In this document: positions 22,901-36,510 of the stretch, piece by piece
Numbering within the stretch: position 1 is the first letter of the stretch
Layout of the letters: each line of letters begins with the position of its first letter
Assembly: GCF_004010195.1 (NCBI RefSeq)
Contig: NC_057719.1
Span: 19,944,480 to 20,008,479, forward strand
DNA length: 64,000 nt
Direction of reading: 5' to 3'
Source of the DNA: Chiloscyllium plagiosum
Taxonomy: Eukaryota
Position numbers and translations under genes: made by a program
The notes under the pieces: model-generated
The model's database searches: none
What the model saw: only the letters and a program-made list of their open reading frames with translations
Told to the model about the DNA's origin: nothing

Positions 22901-23935
22901 ATTTGGCAGCTTGGATCCAAGATTGGCTTAGTGGTAAGAAGTATGAAATTATGATTGAGGGGTCTATTATGCTTGGAAGCTTGTGTTCAATGATGCATTG
23001 CAGGCTCTGAAGCTGGGACCCTTGCTGTTTGTCGCGTAAGTTAATAATCTAGATATCATTATAGGAGGTATGATCAGTCAGTTCACAGAATACATGAGAA
23101 TTAGTGGAATGGGAAACATTGAGGAGGAAAGCCTTAGACCACAGGAGAATTGTGATGGGTTGATCAGATTGGCTGAACAGTAGCAAATGGGACTTAAGCC
23201 TGAAATGCATGAGCTGATGGATTTTGGGAGGGTGAACAAGGTAAGGGAACACACGATGAATGTTAGTACCTAAGATGTAGAGAGGGATCTTGATGTGCAT
23301 GTCCATTGAAGGCAGCAGGAGCGGTAAATAAAGTGGTTATGAAGGCATATGGATATTAAGCCTTTATTTGTGAAGGCATTGAACACAAGAGCAAGAGGTT
23401 ATGCTGAAGCTGTATATGACATTAGCTAGGCCATAGCTGGAGTACTTTGTGGACTTCTGGTCACCATAGGAAGGATGTGATTGCACTCAAGAGGATGCAG
23501 AAAAGATTCACTAGGATATTTCATGGGCTGGAGGATTTCAGCTATAAGGAGAGACTAGATAGGCTGGAGTTGTTTTCTTCGAGCACAGGTCTAATGGAGG
23601 ATCTTATTGAGGTGTATAAAGTAAGGACATAGACAGGGCAGATAGGGAGGATCAGTTCTCTTAGTAGAGAAGTCAAGAAACAGAGGATACAATTTTAAGG
23701 TAAGGGCAGGTGGTTTAGACAAGATTTTTAGAATAAAATGATTCACCCAGAAGCTTGTGTGCAACTGGAATACAATGCCTGAAAAGATGAGAAAGGCAGG
23801 AACACTGAAGACATTTAAGAAATGTTTAGATGACCACTTGAAATGTTATAACATGGAAGGACCAACTACTTTTGATAATCAGCACAGACATGATGGACCA
23901 TAGGGTATCTTTTCATGTTGCAAAAACACTGTAAC
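19990..23935 (+). mobile_element. Old near-full-length CR1-clade LINE (ORF1 esterase, APE, RT; all disrupted)
   Basis: SRMVYCLPGARVKD at ~20477 (SGNH-esterase ORF1), DFNFP at ~21564, PGNYKPV at ~22607, IYMDFGK at ~22817, RLDRLELFS at ~23552. Confidence 0.85.
21190..21385. mobile_element. Decayed fold-back PLE fragment inserted in the CR1 LINE
   Basis: GAACTGTGGATGCTGAAGATCTGAAA...CCCTTCTTCAGAA...CAGATGCTG; ATGTTATC on both flanks (21179-21186, 21389-21396). Confidence 0.6.
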
Positions 23936-26397
23936 TTTGGAGATTTAGCCATTTTCAGTGTGTCTATAATCTCAGCAGATCTTTTTGGTTTGCCAACTAG
24001 ATGCTATGAAAAAAATTCTGAGGTATTGCATCAATTTACATTGCACATACTCCTTTTCATAGTTTCAGAAAGACTTTTAGCACAGTGAAAAAAAAATATG
24101 CCTAAGCAGATGAATACATCACATTTGATTCATTTGTCAATTTGAGTTAAATGTATGCTCTTTCAGTTGCTATAAGAATATAATATCAGTATAGTTGATC
24201 GATTAAAATATTAATTATTATTGTGTATGTGCTACTTCGTGAAGCTGTGAGCTGATCCAGAAATATAACAAATTCATTGTGTCCTAATGTATTTTGATGG
24301 TGGATTTAAACCAGGTCTGTAGTGAAGATTGACTGAGTGTGTTTTTTTATTGCTGATGTATTTGTGGCTACTGATTAATACTGGAAATTGTAACGCTGGA
24401 GGGAATAGGATAAAGAAGCAAAAAGATTACACCTCTGACAAAATTCTGCATCTGCATCATGTATTTCATTCACACTCCGACAATTTCCAGATTTAAACCA
24501 ACTGATGCTCAAATTACAATTTTAAGTATTGTTTTCATATTGTAGAACTATTCAATGTACTCAGTCACCAACAAAATTATAATTCATCGTCAAAGGAGAA
24601 TTGCATTGAGTCTAAAAGGCATAAATAAATGCGATCACATTGTAAAGTAGAATGATGAAGAGATCATTGCTGCTCCTTTATCCTAATGAAACCCAGCAAA
24701 ATGTAACTGTTCATTATTCGTTAGGCAAAATGAACTAAAATGTATTATGATCACAACAGTGCATTCCTTTTGTCTTATGCTAGAGGCACTTATGAACTCT
24801 GGACCTACAACAATTATTTTTATCTCGTGCTCTTGTTTCTTTGAAAAGAAGGTTCAAGGGAGTTCTTGCACTCAGCTTGTAACAAAACTGATTAGATTCC
24901 AAATTAGCAAGATCAGACTAGAATACTGAAAAATGGGGAAGGAAGCTTTAGATTAGAAAAATCAATTTGGCAGATTGATAGCAGAGAAGCAATGCTGTCA
25001 CTTCCCCTCAGGGATGTCTAGGTTCACTTTGAGTTCAGACTGAAGAGATGAAAGTCCCTGCTCAACTGTATGGATCTGTCATTTATGGATGTGGAGAGCA
25101 TTAAAAGCAGAACCACAAATATAGTGTAGAAAATATCACTGGGTGGCTGTTGAGGAACATATTAGATGTGCTGTCTGTTGTATGATACAGTCTGCTTGGC
25201 AATGGTGTCAGTGGATTCAAGGTGTGAGTAGTTGCTCTGTTCCCTAGCATTAACATTGTTCCCTTTTAAAAGCATAAAATTGCAGTTAGAAAAAGACTTG
25301 AAATGTCAGTCAAAGCAAATCAGATTGGAAGGGTGTGGATATGTTCAAGTGATTGCTTGGGTTTATGATTTATTTTCAAGCTCAGAAAATATTTTTAATA
25401 CTTTTGTAATCGGTACTGCATAGCTTTCATTAAAGCAATGAAATTGTGAAATTCTATTCAAAAATTATCATGACAGGGACAGCACAACCAGGAGAATATA
25501 CACAAGATGACACATCTGCTCAGTTTATTCTAATCCCTTGATTTGTTTTAAATGCCAAACACAATAATTTATTGTTTGTCAATGTTAGGTCAAGTATGTT
25601 CAGACTGATTAAAAATATAAATTGTGCAGTCTCAATATAATAAATTGATACTGGTCTTGCTTTGTCCATCATATTCTTATCTATGATATGTTAAAACTGT
25701 GTTATCAGATGTATCCATTTATTTCAATGCCAATCTCTGTAAATGGCAGTTTTTGATATTGATTACTTCTACAAGCAACACATATTACTGAATGAAAAAT
25801 GTGTTTCCATATGGAACATTTTTCTGGTTTTATTTATAAATCTATTATTGTACACATTCAGATTACAATTTTGGCATGGTGGGGTGGGGTTATTGAGCTG
25901 TGTAATATTAGCATCTAAAAATCTTTGTTTGTATGAAACTCTTTTTGCCATTAATCAGTGCCATTGTTAAAATGGCAGACTAAGGGGATTTCAATATATG
26001 TGACCATACGTCAATGTCACAGTTTCACCTCAATAGATTTGTTTCTGGCAAGGAAATTTATGTGGCCTGATTAGAATGAGAAATTTTCAACATCACCTTG
26101 GAGTGCTTCGAAATGGTCACGTAGAAGCATGGACATCAATGGAAAATGAAACAACCTAGTTCCTCTTGTAAGTAGAATAAATACAAACATGCATCATTCA
26201 ATCTGTGTTTTGTTCTCAGTCTGTCATAAGAAACATTGATCCCAACATTAAAGGGAAGACAGAGAGGACATGAGGAAAGGAGGAAACTAAGGATTCAGTT
26301 GAATTTATCAAAAGGGCTGCAACTACCCAGTTTGATAACTGTTTGGATGTCAGGCCAGAGGAATACTCCTGGTATTGGCAAAAGTCATGGACCACAG

Positions 26398-27110
26398 AAT
26401 ATCGAATAGAATAGAATGGAATAGAATAATAATTTATTGTCACTTATACTTTTACAATATTACACTGAATAGTGTTTAAGTCACCATATTCCAGCACCTA
26501 TATTAAAAACACGAAATCATATATAAAAAAAAATTAAGACTAAGTCCACCATTCACAGCTCACAGGGCTTCCAAGGTCAAAGAAAAGACAGGAACCACAT
26601 TGTCCCCCTGCTGCAGAAAATCAACAGCGAAGGTGCTGAGCCGTGGGCTGTGGGAATCCCGTGCAGGATGCATCATGCTGTGAAAAACACTTCAGAAGTT
26701 GCCTCATGGACCCACCTTTTCATTGAAGCTGCCGTAGAAGCAGACTGCCATTCCAGGTTGTTGGAATCCTGGGCCAGGACATGCCGCAGAAGCCGCCTCA
26801 AGGAATCCCAGGCCATTGGAATGCCGGTCTGGATCTACCTCATTGCTGAAGATGCCGAAGCTACTGAAGCAGCCCACTAAACTGGGACCCATCATGACAT
26901 GGCTGCATTGGGCAAAAGGAGCAGACCACACCACTTTCACCACCGTAGCGACCTCCCGATGCAACCTTTTGCCATGGAAGCTGTTACAAGAAGGGAAAGT
27001 AAATTTCGATTTTAAACATAAATAAATGATAAAAATATAAAGCAGCATGCCTGGTGATCTGAACATTTCCTACCTACCTTGCCGTCACCATCCTGGTAGT
27101 CCCCAGCAAT
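26398..27110 (-). mobile_element. Unclassified non-autonomous retroelement with (TTCTA)n tail and GC-rich body
   Basis: GAATA repeats followed by TTTATTGTCAC (GTGACAATAAA on the minus strand). A loosely similar block lies at ~51880-52290. Confidence 0.4.
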
Positions 27111-27509
27111 TGAGAAGATTGGCAGTTAGTGTGGAATGGGCTCATATTGAAGGTACAAGCAGAAGGAGACACCATAAGACTACAAGGTTTAAGAGCAGAA
27201 ATGGATCTGTTAGTCCTTTAAATTTGCTGGGCCATTCAATCAGATCATGGCTGATCTGATAACCTTCAATTCCACTTTGCGTGATAATGTTGAAAATTGA
27301 ATCAATTAAAGCAACACCCTAAATTGTCTATCGACTGCACATGGACTGCAGCAATTCAAGAAGGCAGCTCACCACCACCTTCTCAAGAGCAGTTTAGGCT
27401 GGGTAATGAATACTGGCCCAGCCAGTGATGCCCATGTACCACGAGTGTATGAGCAAAAACAAGAAAAGAAACAAATACCTGTCTAATCTGTTCATTAAAA
27501 AGAAAGTAG

Positions 27510-30500
27510 AACACACATCATCGAACGTTACAGCACAGTACAGGCCATTTAAATCCCCTTAAAGTTGGCGAGTCTACTACTGTTGCAGGCAGTGAATCCA
27601 CAACCACTACTCTCTGAGTGAAGAAACCACTTCCAACATCTGTCCGATACCTATCACCCCTCAATTTAAAGCTATGTCCCCTCATGTTCTATGTTCTATA
27701 TTCATACTAGCCATCACCATCTGAGGAAAAAGGGTCTCACTGTCCACCCTATCTAACTGTCTGATTATCTTGTATGCCTCAATTAAATCAGCCTCAAGTC
27801 CCTCAGACTTTCCTCATTAGACCATCTGACCATTCTAGTCAATATCCTATTAAATCGCCTCTGAACCCTTTCCAAAGCTTCGACATCCTTCCCATAATAT
27901 GGTGACCAGAACTGTACATAATACTCCAAGTGCAGCTGTACCAGAGTTTTGTACAGCTGCAACATGACCTCGTGGCTCTGAAACTCAACCCCTCTACCAA
28001 CATAAGCTAACACATCATATGCCTTCTTAACAATCCTATCAACCTGGGTGGCAAATTTCAGGGATCTATGTGCATGGACACTGAGATCTCTCTGCTCATC
28101 TAGCCTAGCAAGAATCTTACCATTAGTCCTGTATACTTTAGTCCTGTTGCTCCTTCCAAAGTGAATCACCTCACACTTGTCCACATTAGACTTCATTTGG
28201 CACCTGTCAACTCAGTTCTGCAGCTTATCTATGTCCCTCTGTAACCTGCAATATCCTTCAGCACTACCAACAATCCACTGACCGTAGTGTCATCCACAAA
28301 TTTACTAACCCATCCTTCTATGCTCTCATTTAGGTCATTTATAAAAATGACAAACAACAGTGGACCCAAAACAGACCACTAGCATCTGAACTCCAGAATG
28401 AATATTTCCCATCAACCACCACCCTCGGTCTTTTTTCAGCTAGCCAATTTCTTATTCAAGCCACTAAATCACCCTTAATCACATGCCTCTGTATTTTGTG
28501 CAATAGCCTACCATTAGAACCTTATCAGACGCCTTACTGAAATCCATATCAACTGTTTTAGCCTCATCCACCTATTTGGTCAGCTTCTCAAAAAACCCAA
28601 TAAGTTTTGTGAGGCACAACCTACTCTTCAAAACTGCGTTGACTGTCCCTAATCAACATATTCTTGTCTTGATGATAATAAATCCTATCTCTTATAACCT
28701 TTTCCAACACTTTACCCACACCTGAAGTAAGGCTCACTGATCTATATTTACCAGGGTTGTCTCTACTCCCCTTCTTGAACAAGGGGACAACATTTGCTAT
28801 CCTTCAGTTTTCTGGCACTATTCCTGTAGACAATGATGACATAAAGATCAAAGCCAAAGGCTCTACAATCTCCTCCCTGGCTTCACAGAGAATCCTAGAA
28901 TAAATCCCATCCAGCCCAGGGGACTTTTCTATTTTCACACTTCCCAGAATTTCTAACACATCCTCTTTGTGAACTTAAATCCCGTTTAGTCTAGTAGCCT
29001 GTATTACAATATTCTCCTCGACAACATTGTCTTTTTTGAGTGTGAATACTGATGAAAAATATTCATTTAGCGCTTCTCCTATCTCCTCGAACTCGACGCA
29101 CAACTTCCCACAACTGTCCTCGATTGACCCTAATCTTTCTCTAGTCATTCTTTTATTCCTGATATACCTATAAGATGTTTTAGGGTTTTCCTTGATCCTA
29201 TCTACTAACGACTCCTCATGTCCTCTCCTGGCTCTTCTTAGCTCTTTCTTTCCATCTTTCCAGGAGCTCTCAAGCGCCCTAACTGAGCCTTCACGTCTCA
29301 TCCTAACACAAACCTTCTTCTTCCTCTTGACAAGAGATTCAACTTCTTAAGTAAACCACAGATCCCTCGCTTGAACACTTCCTCCCTGCCTGATAGGTAC
29401 TTACATATCAAGGACATGCAGTAGCTGTTCCTTGAATAAACTCCACATTTCAATTTTTCCCATACCTTGCAGTTCTCTTCCCCATCTTATGCATGTTCAA
29501 TCTTGTCTAATTGCATCATAGGGTGGCACGGTGGCTCAGTGGTTAGCACTGCTGCCTCACAGCACCAGGATCCCAGGTTCGATTCCAGCCTTGGGTGACT
29601 GTCTGTGTGGGGTTTGCACATTCTCCCTGTGTCTGCGTGGGTTTCCTCAGGGTGCTCTGGTTTCCTCCCACAGAACAAAGATGTGCAGGTCAGGTGAATT
29701 GGCCATGCTAAATTGCCCATAATGTTAGGTGCATTAGTCAGAGGGAAATGGGACTGGGTGGGTTACTCTTCGGAGGGTCGGTGTGGGCTTGTTGGGCCGA
29801 AGGGCCTGTTTCCACACTGTAGGGAATCTAATCTAATAATTGCCTTTCCCCCAGCAATTACTCTTGCCCTGCGGTATATATCTATCCCTTTCTATCGCTA
29901 AAGTGAACATAACCAAATTGTGGTCACTATCACTAAAGTGGTCACATACCTCCAAATCTAACACCTGGCCTGGTTTATTACCTAGTGCCAAATCCAATGT
30001 GGCCTCACCCCTTATCAACTTGTCTACATACTGTATCAGGAAACCATCCTGCACACATTGCACAAAAACTGACCCATCTAAAGCACTCAAACTACAATGT
30101 TTCCAGTCAATTTAGGAAAGTTAAAGTCCTCCATAACAACTACCCTGTTACTCTCGCTCCTATCCAGAATCATCTTTGCTATCTTTTCCCCTACATCTCT
30201 GGAACTATTTGGAGGCCTATAGAAAACTCCCAACAGGATGACCTCTGCTTTCCTGTTTCTAACCTCAGCCCATTACTACCTCAGTAGACGAGTCCTTAAA
30301 TGTCTTTCTGCCATCTTCTCTGTTCTTACTGAAACATCTAAATCCTGGAACCTGCAACAACCATTCCTGTTCCTGCTCTATCATGTCTCCGAAATGGCCA
30401 CAACATCAAAGTTCCAGGTAACAACTCATGCCATACGTTCACCCACCTCATTCTGGATGCTTCTGGGGTTGAAATAAACAGACTTCAAACCACCTTCTTG

Positions 30501-30570
30501 CTTGATGGTGCTCTCTTGTGACCTTGAAACCATATTTTTGACCTCACTACTCTCAACCTCCTGGATACTG
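27510..30570 (-). mobile_element. CR1-clade LINE ORF2 (APE to C-terminus), disrupted
   Basis: ORFs 27783-28196, 28975-29301 and 29833-30090 (CVQDGFLIQYVDKLIRGEATLDL..DSDHNLV); LKSVYFNPRSI at ~30450-30490. Confidence 0.92.
29521..29835 (+). mobile_element. HE1-type tRNA-derived SINE nested in a LINE
   Basis: Box A TGGCTCAGTGG, box B GGTTCGATTCC, LINE-like 3' end GGGCCGAAGGGCCTGTTTCCACACTGTA, (AATCT)n tail. Confidence 0.92.
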
Positions 30571-31774
30571 TAACCAATAAATATGGTATCAGCTGAGGAA
30601 GAAATGTTACCTAGAGCTTCAAATGAACTCCTCAATTGCTCGAGAGTTCAATTAGAATGCTATCCTTTCTGAGGGTAATTGCTTAGTATTTTGCTTTTCT
30701 CTGATTGTGACTTCTTCAGCACATTTCCTGGAAGTGACCTATTGTTGCACAATAAAAAGCATTCAGTTTTAATAGCTGAGCACTGTTTGTGCCTTTTATT
30801 GTTCTATGTTCCATAGTTGCTGAGGAATTTTCGTATCTTACCCTCTTATCACATTGGCTTAACACATAGCTCTTCTTGTGATTCTGTACCTTAAGAATTA
30901 AAAGGATTTTGATCTTCTCCTTTTAGGAATTGTCTGTGTTGCTTTTAATTATGCATTTTATTCACATCTGAATGACTTTCTCTTGAGTTACGTTTTCTTT
31001 CAACTGGAATAAATCTGAAAAAGACTCATCAGTAATGTCTACAACAAGTTGATTTATTTTTAATTTTGACATTTCTTCCCTAACATTTTTAACAAAATCA
31101 TACATAGATTCCAGTAGATGTTGCAATTTTTTATTAACTGTAGCTCTTTCAGGAATTTTATTAGTTTTGAGGTTGAATTAATTGTCAAAGCCTGAAGCAC
31201 TTTTTTAATGTGTCTTTTTTACTTGACATTTAGGCAATGTGATATCATCTGCTGTACTTCTAATTGTGTGCAGATGTGTATTTACTTGCTCAGCTTCTGA
31301 CTTAGTATCCAATTTTGAAACTACTCTTTGCATCAAAAATCATTTTCTCCTGGATGTACAAAATTTGCCCATCTCTGAAATTAAGCCATTTAATAATATT
31401 ATTTATGATACTGTGGTGTTTTAATGTTAGATATTTTATCTGCTTTAAAGATGTTTATCTTGCAGCAATGCCAGTTTCCCATATTATTTTCCTATTCTGA
31501 ATGGATTTCTTATGATGTCCAGCTCAAATGGAGATGTCTTTTTTTTGTAGTCTTTGTGGAGGATTCTGGCTTTTCTGTAGCCTTAATAGTTGACTTCCCC
31601 ACTTTTTCAGAAAACTTTGTTCAGTTAGACCACAGCTGTTCATGTCTTTAATTTGCCCATCACCTATCTGATTTTAATTACCAGTTTTCAATGTCTCCAA
31701 TTCTCTGGTACCAGACTATGAGTTTCTATCTTGGTTGTCTTATTTCTGTTTGCTATAGCCATGCCTTGTGTTAT

Positions 31775-32342
31775 CTATCTCTATGCACACACTCACACTC
31801 GCACTCCCCCACCCTCCCCCAACTCTCTCTCAGATGCATACACACATATATGTCAAATGGGGTGATTTTGCATTTGCAGAATTGTATTTGCAGATACATT
31901 CTATTTGTTCAAAAAGCACACAATCTGCAAGCAGTCAATGCAGGCAGTCAATTCATGTAACATTTTATAAATTCCTACTTTAGAAATAGAATCAGTCTGA
32001 CTCAAGATTGGAATACAGACAGACTCTACTCTCATTCATTAATGCATTGTCTGAGTTGAGATGTCACCTTTTCTTAAAATAAAACCTTAAGTTATCTCAG
32101 GAATGTGTCTTGAAAGAAGTTCTGGGATTTATGTATTAATGAATCGATACCTGCAACCCATTCTGAAAGGTGAAAGACTTAACAGCAATCTCGGTGTGTT
32201 CAATATATTTTATTTATCTTTTACTATAAATTCTGTGTCTTATGATCCTGTGTCTTATGATCTGACAAAGGAGCAGTTCTTTGAAAGCTAGTACTTCCAA
32301 AGAAACCTCTTGGATTATAACCAGTTGTGTGATTTTTAACTT
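31775..32342 (+). mobile_element. PLE family-2 3' region
   Basis: Ends in a decayed hammerhead, CTGACAAAGGAGCAGTTCTTTGAAAGCTA, plus the terminal sequence shared with 16768-16852 and 19425-19728. Confidence 0.65.
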
Positions 32343-33691
32343 CTGTGCATTATGGTAGTGATGCCCGATCCAAGTAGTAACTTTTTAAACATTCCTGCTC
32401 TTTCAGCCTGCAGTACTGCATCATTTAAAGTTTCACTTCTGCACCAGAGGTTTTAGTTTTGACTCTCACAATTTCCAATGTCTCAGACTTGGGACCATCC
32501 GCATAGAGCTTTGCAATTCAGCTTGTACATTTGCTGTGGAGCTACAGTGTTCTTCGCAGTGATCCAATGTGTCTCTGACTATGTTTTAAAAACTTTCTGA
32601 TGAGCTCTGAAGTGTTTAGTATTGCCACAAGGTTTTCTTTCCACAAATGCTGGTGGACTTGCTATGTTTCTTCAGTAAGTACTGTTTTTCTTTGTTTTCT
32701 TCTCTGGGCTTCATCAAATCTCCAGATCTCTATCAATTATCTTCAGAGCACTGCTTACTGTGCCATTTAAGTATGCAGATTAATCTTCAGATCATATTCA
32801 GATTGTCATTGCTGATCCCCATGAATGGTGAAGCTAAAGCAAATCTTCAGATCATCACTGTTGCTAACCTTTCTATCACCTCTACATGTTACAAGAAAAG
32901 ATACACATTATTACAGAGATTCTTAGGAGGATCTGTAATTCCAATTGTCTTGACTCTGACTGCTTTAAGATCCCGTAATATTGGCTCCAGTCCTCATGAT
33001 ATCATGAGAGTGGGTGGTGCTTATGGCATTCAATTAGAATTAAATTTTTCCACACCTATGTCACCCTACGTACAACACTAAGAAATATCTCAAATAATAT
33101 GGACCTTCTCCCAATGTGCAGTTTGATGCTAGTCCAGATTATAATCTTAAAATTAAACTTCAATCCATTTGATTCACAGACATGCTACAAACTCAGCCAA
33201 ACTGACATTGATAACAAGATGAAAAATAGCAATAATTGTGAAGATGCAGCAAACTTAGTTTAATCAGCACTTTATGAATTAGAACTCCTAATGAATGGGT
33301 AAAAAAAATTACATACCTGAAATGTTACGAAGTTTACTGAATTGTCAATTGCTGGTGCAAGTGGGAAGGCTCTCTGCCAGTAAGTCTTAAGTAAGGCAAA
33401 GGTGCATTATTATTTAAGGGATTTATGCTGTAAATAATGTATAACAATGATGTGTTTACTCCCTGCATTATGTTTCTATTACTTAGTATTTTTACATCTA
33501 TTATATGGACCCCTTGATCAACAGTAACATTTGATTAACTGGTAAATTCCTGGTGCAAGTTAATAAGAGGTTTACTGTATTTTCTTTCAGATTAGGAAGC
33601 AATTGAAAAGTTGCATTGTGTGATCGACAGAGCACATCTATGCACGGTATTATTGTACTTCTTCACAGAGAGAGCGGAATATTAAATAAGT

Positions 33692-34442
33692 TCAAAGTTT
33701 GTGAGAAGATTTGTAGCTCGGGTGCTCGTTGCTGTGTTCGCCGAGCTGGAAGTTTTTGTTGCAAACGTTTCGTCCCCTGTCTAGGTGACATCCTCAGTGC
33801 TTGGGAGCCTCCTGTGAAGCGCTTCTGTGGTGTTTCCTCCGGCATTTATAGTGGCCTGTCCCTGCCGCTTCCGGTTGTCAGTTTCAGCTGTCCGCTGTAG
33901 TGGCCGGTATATTGGGTCCAGGTCAATGTGTTTGTTGATGGAGTTTGTGGATGAGTGCCATGCTTCTAGGAATTCCCTGGCTGTTCTTTGTTTCGCTTGT
34001 CCTATAATGGTAGTGTTGTCCCAGTCAAATTCATGTTGCTTGTCATCTGCGTGTGTGGCTACTAGGGATAGCTGGTTGTGTCGTTTCGTGGCTAGTTGAT
34101 GTTTGTGGATGCGTCTGCAGACGACAAACAACATGAATTTGACTGGGACAACACTACCGTTATAGGGCAAGCGAAACAAAGAACAGCCAGGGAATTCCTA
34201 GAAGCATGGCACTCATCCACAAACTCCATCAACAAACATATTGACCTGGACCCAATATACTGGCCACTGCAGTGGACAGCTGAAACTGACAACCGGAAGC
34301 GGCAGGGACAGGCCACTATAAATGCCAGATGAAACACTACAGAAGCGCTTCACAGGAGGCTCCCAAGCACTGATGATGTCACCTAGACAGGGGACAAAAT
34401 GTTTGCAACAAAAACTTCCAGCTCGGCGAACAGAACCACAGC
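33692..34442. mobile_element. Fold-back PLE (GIY-YIG C-terminus plus pseudo-LTR in both orientations) with 13-bp TSD
   Basis: Both arms encode HEFDWDNTT.IGQAKQRTAREFLEAWHS. ATATTAAATAAGT at 33679-33691 and 34443-34455. Confidence 0.92.
33761..33800 (-). ncRNA. Minimal type I hammerhead ribozyme motif (distinct family), intact
   Basis: GCA-CUGAGGA-U-GUCACCU-AGAC-AGGGGAC-GAAAC-GUU-UGC: stem I GCA/UGC, extended stem II, palindromic ACGU. Confidence 0.78.
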
Positions 34443-35104
34443 ATATTAAATAAGTAATATAAAATCTGGAACACGTGAGGCTAATTGCCTGACTTAACTT
34501 GTTTGTCAATTGAAAACTGTTGAAGACAGGTGCTCTGCAAAGAACTGAAATATTTCCTGCGCCACTGAGCGTTTTGTGAAGTAGATGAAATGAAGGGACA
34601 TTTCAGGAATGCAAACCTCTTTTGACATTAATAAGATTGCTTGATTGCCTGTGCCTGCTGTCTTATCTTTTTCTTTCCTTTTCACAGTTGTCAAATTGTT
34701 CACGATGGCTGTTACCATTCACATAAACACCTATCATTTCCTCACCAGGCAGTAATCACTTGAATGTGAGTCAGCTTGCTTGGTGTGAAGATATATGGAT
34801 AATACCATCATTACATGTTATCATATCACTTGCTGATATGCATCCAGTAACCTAAAAATGAAGCTGAATTAAGTTGCTAAAAAAAACTTTTCTCATTTTA
34901 GACCCATTTTACATTAATGGAAATTCAGGACCATGGATAGCTTTTCTACCATGTGGCTGTAATTGTGACGTAAGTACTTCGATTTATTTCTCAGAAATCA
35001 CCAATGAAATTATTGATTCAGGTGCCCTCTGCTTTCAACTTCTGTTCATTTATAAGATTTTCTGTTTGCCAACAATTTTTTGTGGGAATGGAGGATTTGC
35101 ATTA

Positions 35105-35526
35105 TAAGGAGAGGGAATTTTATCACTGCAGTGTAGGAGGTTGAGGGATGACCTTATAGAAGTTTATAAAAAACGTGAGGGGCATTGATAAGGTGAATAA
35201 TAGGTGTCATGTTCCTAGGGCATGGGATTTTCTAAACTGGAGGGTTTATTTTTATTGTCAGAGGAGAAAGATTTTAAAAAAGCAAGGGGAGCAATCTTTA
35301 TACACAGAGAGTGGGGTCATGTGTGGAATGGACTTCCAGAGGAAGTGGTGGTTGCAGGTACATGTACAACATTTCAAACATATTTAAATAGGTACATGAA
35401 TAAGAAGTGTTTGAAGAGATTTGGGCCAAGTGCATGAAGGTGGGACTAGTTTAGTTAGGGATTATGGTCGGCATGGAATGGTTAGATCGAAGGGATAATT
35501 TCGGTGCTACATGACTCTATGACTCG
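35105..35526 (+). mobile_element. HER1/CR1-type LINE 3' fragment
   Basis: GTTGAGGGATGACCTTATAGAAGTTTATAAA; tail ATGACTCTATGACTC. Confidence 0.85.
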
Positions 35527-35844
35527 ATTGTTGAGTCTTGACCAAGTTACAAGTATCCTCTCTCAATTTTTAGATGAATAAAATATTGAAACACATATCT
35601 TAATTTTTCAGGACATTATTTATTTGTGCATCTAAATAAACTGTAATTTTAGGTATGTATTTTAAATTAACTAGTCATGTAATTAATAGTTGAATGATAT
35701 TCAGTAATGGGCTAACTGTCTTATAGAAGGTTTTCTTTTGATTTCAAACTGCTTTCAATATTCTTTGAAAAATTTACCTCTCTTCAATTTTCAACATATT
35801 TCAATCATTTTTTGTGTCAGCTGCATTTCCTATGTCATTTTAAA

Positions 35845-36000
35845 ATATTTGTTCGTAGGATATGGCATCATTGGCTAAGGCCAGTTTTATTATCCATCCC
35901 TCATTATCCAATGGGCAGTAGGAAGTCAACTACATTGCATTGGGTCTGGAGCCACATGTAGGCCAGACAGGATATGGATAAGGAAGGCAGATTTCTCATC
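35845..36000 (-). mobile_element. tRNA SINE (family C) 3' fragment
   Basis: GGGTCTGGAGCCACATGTAGGCCAGAC is the reverse complement of 36377-36403. Confidence 0.7.
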
Positions 36001-36149
36001 AGAGGGGAACTCCTTAGACCATAAAGTGTCAGATCAAGATAGTTCTGCCTCAAAAATCTGCAAGGAGAATGTCAGCATTTAAAGAGTGGCCAGCTCACCG
36101 CTGAAAGAATACCAGCAGCAGTTGGATGGGTCTTCAACTTGCCATTAGC

Positions 36150-36510
36150 TGAGCCAATAGCCTAGTGGTATTACTGCAGGACTGCTAACCCAGAGACCCA
36201 TTCGATGTTCTAAGAACTTGGGTTTGAATCCCACCATGGCAGATGGTAGAATTTGAATTCAATGAAAACACTTGGAATTAAGAACCTAATGATGACCATG
36301 AATCTATTGTTGACTGTTGGAAAAACCTATCTGGTTCACTAATGTCCTACAGGAAGGAAACTGCCATTCTTATCTGGTCTGGCCTACATGTGACTCTGGG
36401 CCAACAGCAATGTGGTTGACTCTTAATTGCAATTAAGGTTGGGCAGAAATGCTGGCTAAGTAATGCTAGCCAGCAACATCCTCATCCCCATGAATGAATT
36501 TAAAAATAAA
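36150..36510 (+). mobile_element. tRNA-derived SINE (family C)
   Basis: Box A TAGCCTAGTGG, box B GGTTTGAATCC. The 3' end resembles the tail at 27395-27450. Relatives at 59480-59880 (-) and 63930-64000 (+). Confidence 0.8.

Noticed and set aside
29521..29595. tRNA gene
   Set aside because: The A/B boxes belong to a SINE head followed by the SINE body and a LINE-like tail; there are five copies in the window.
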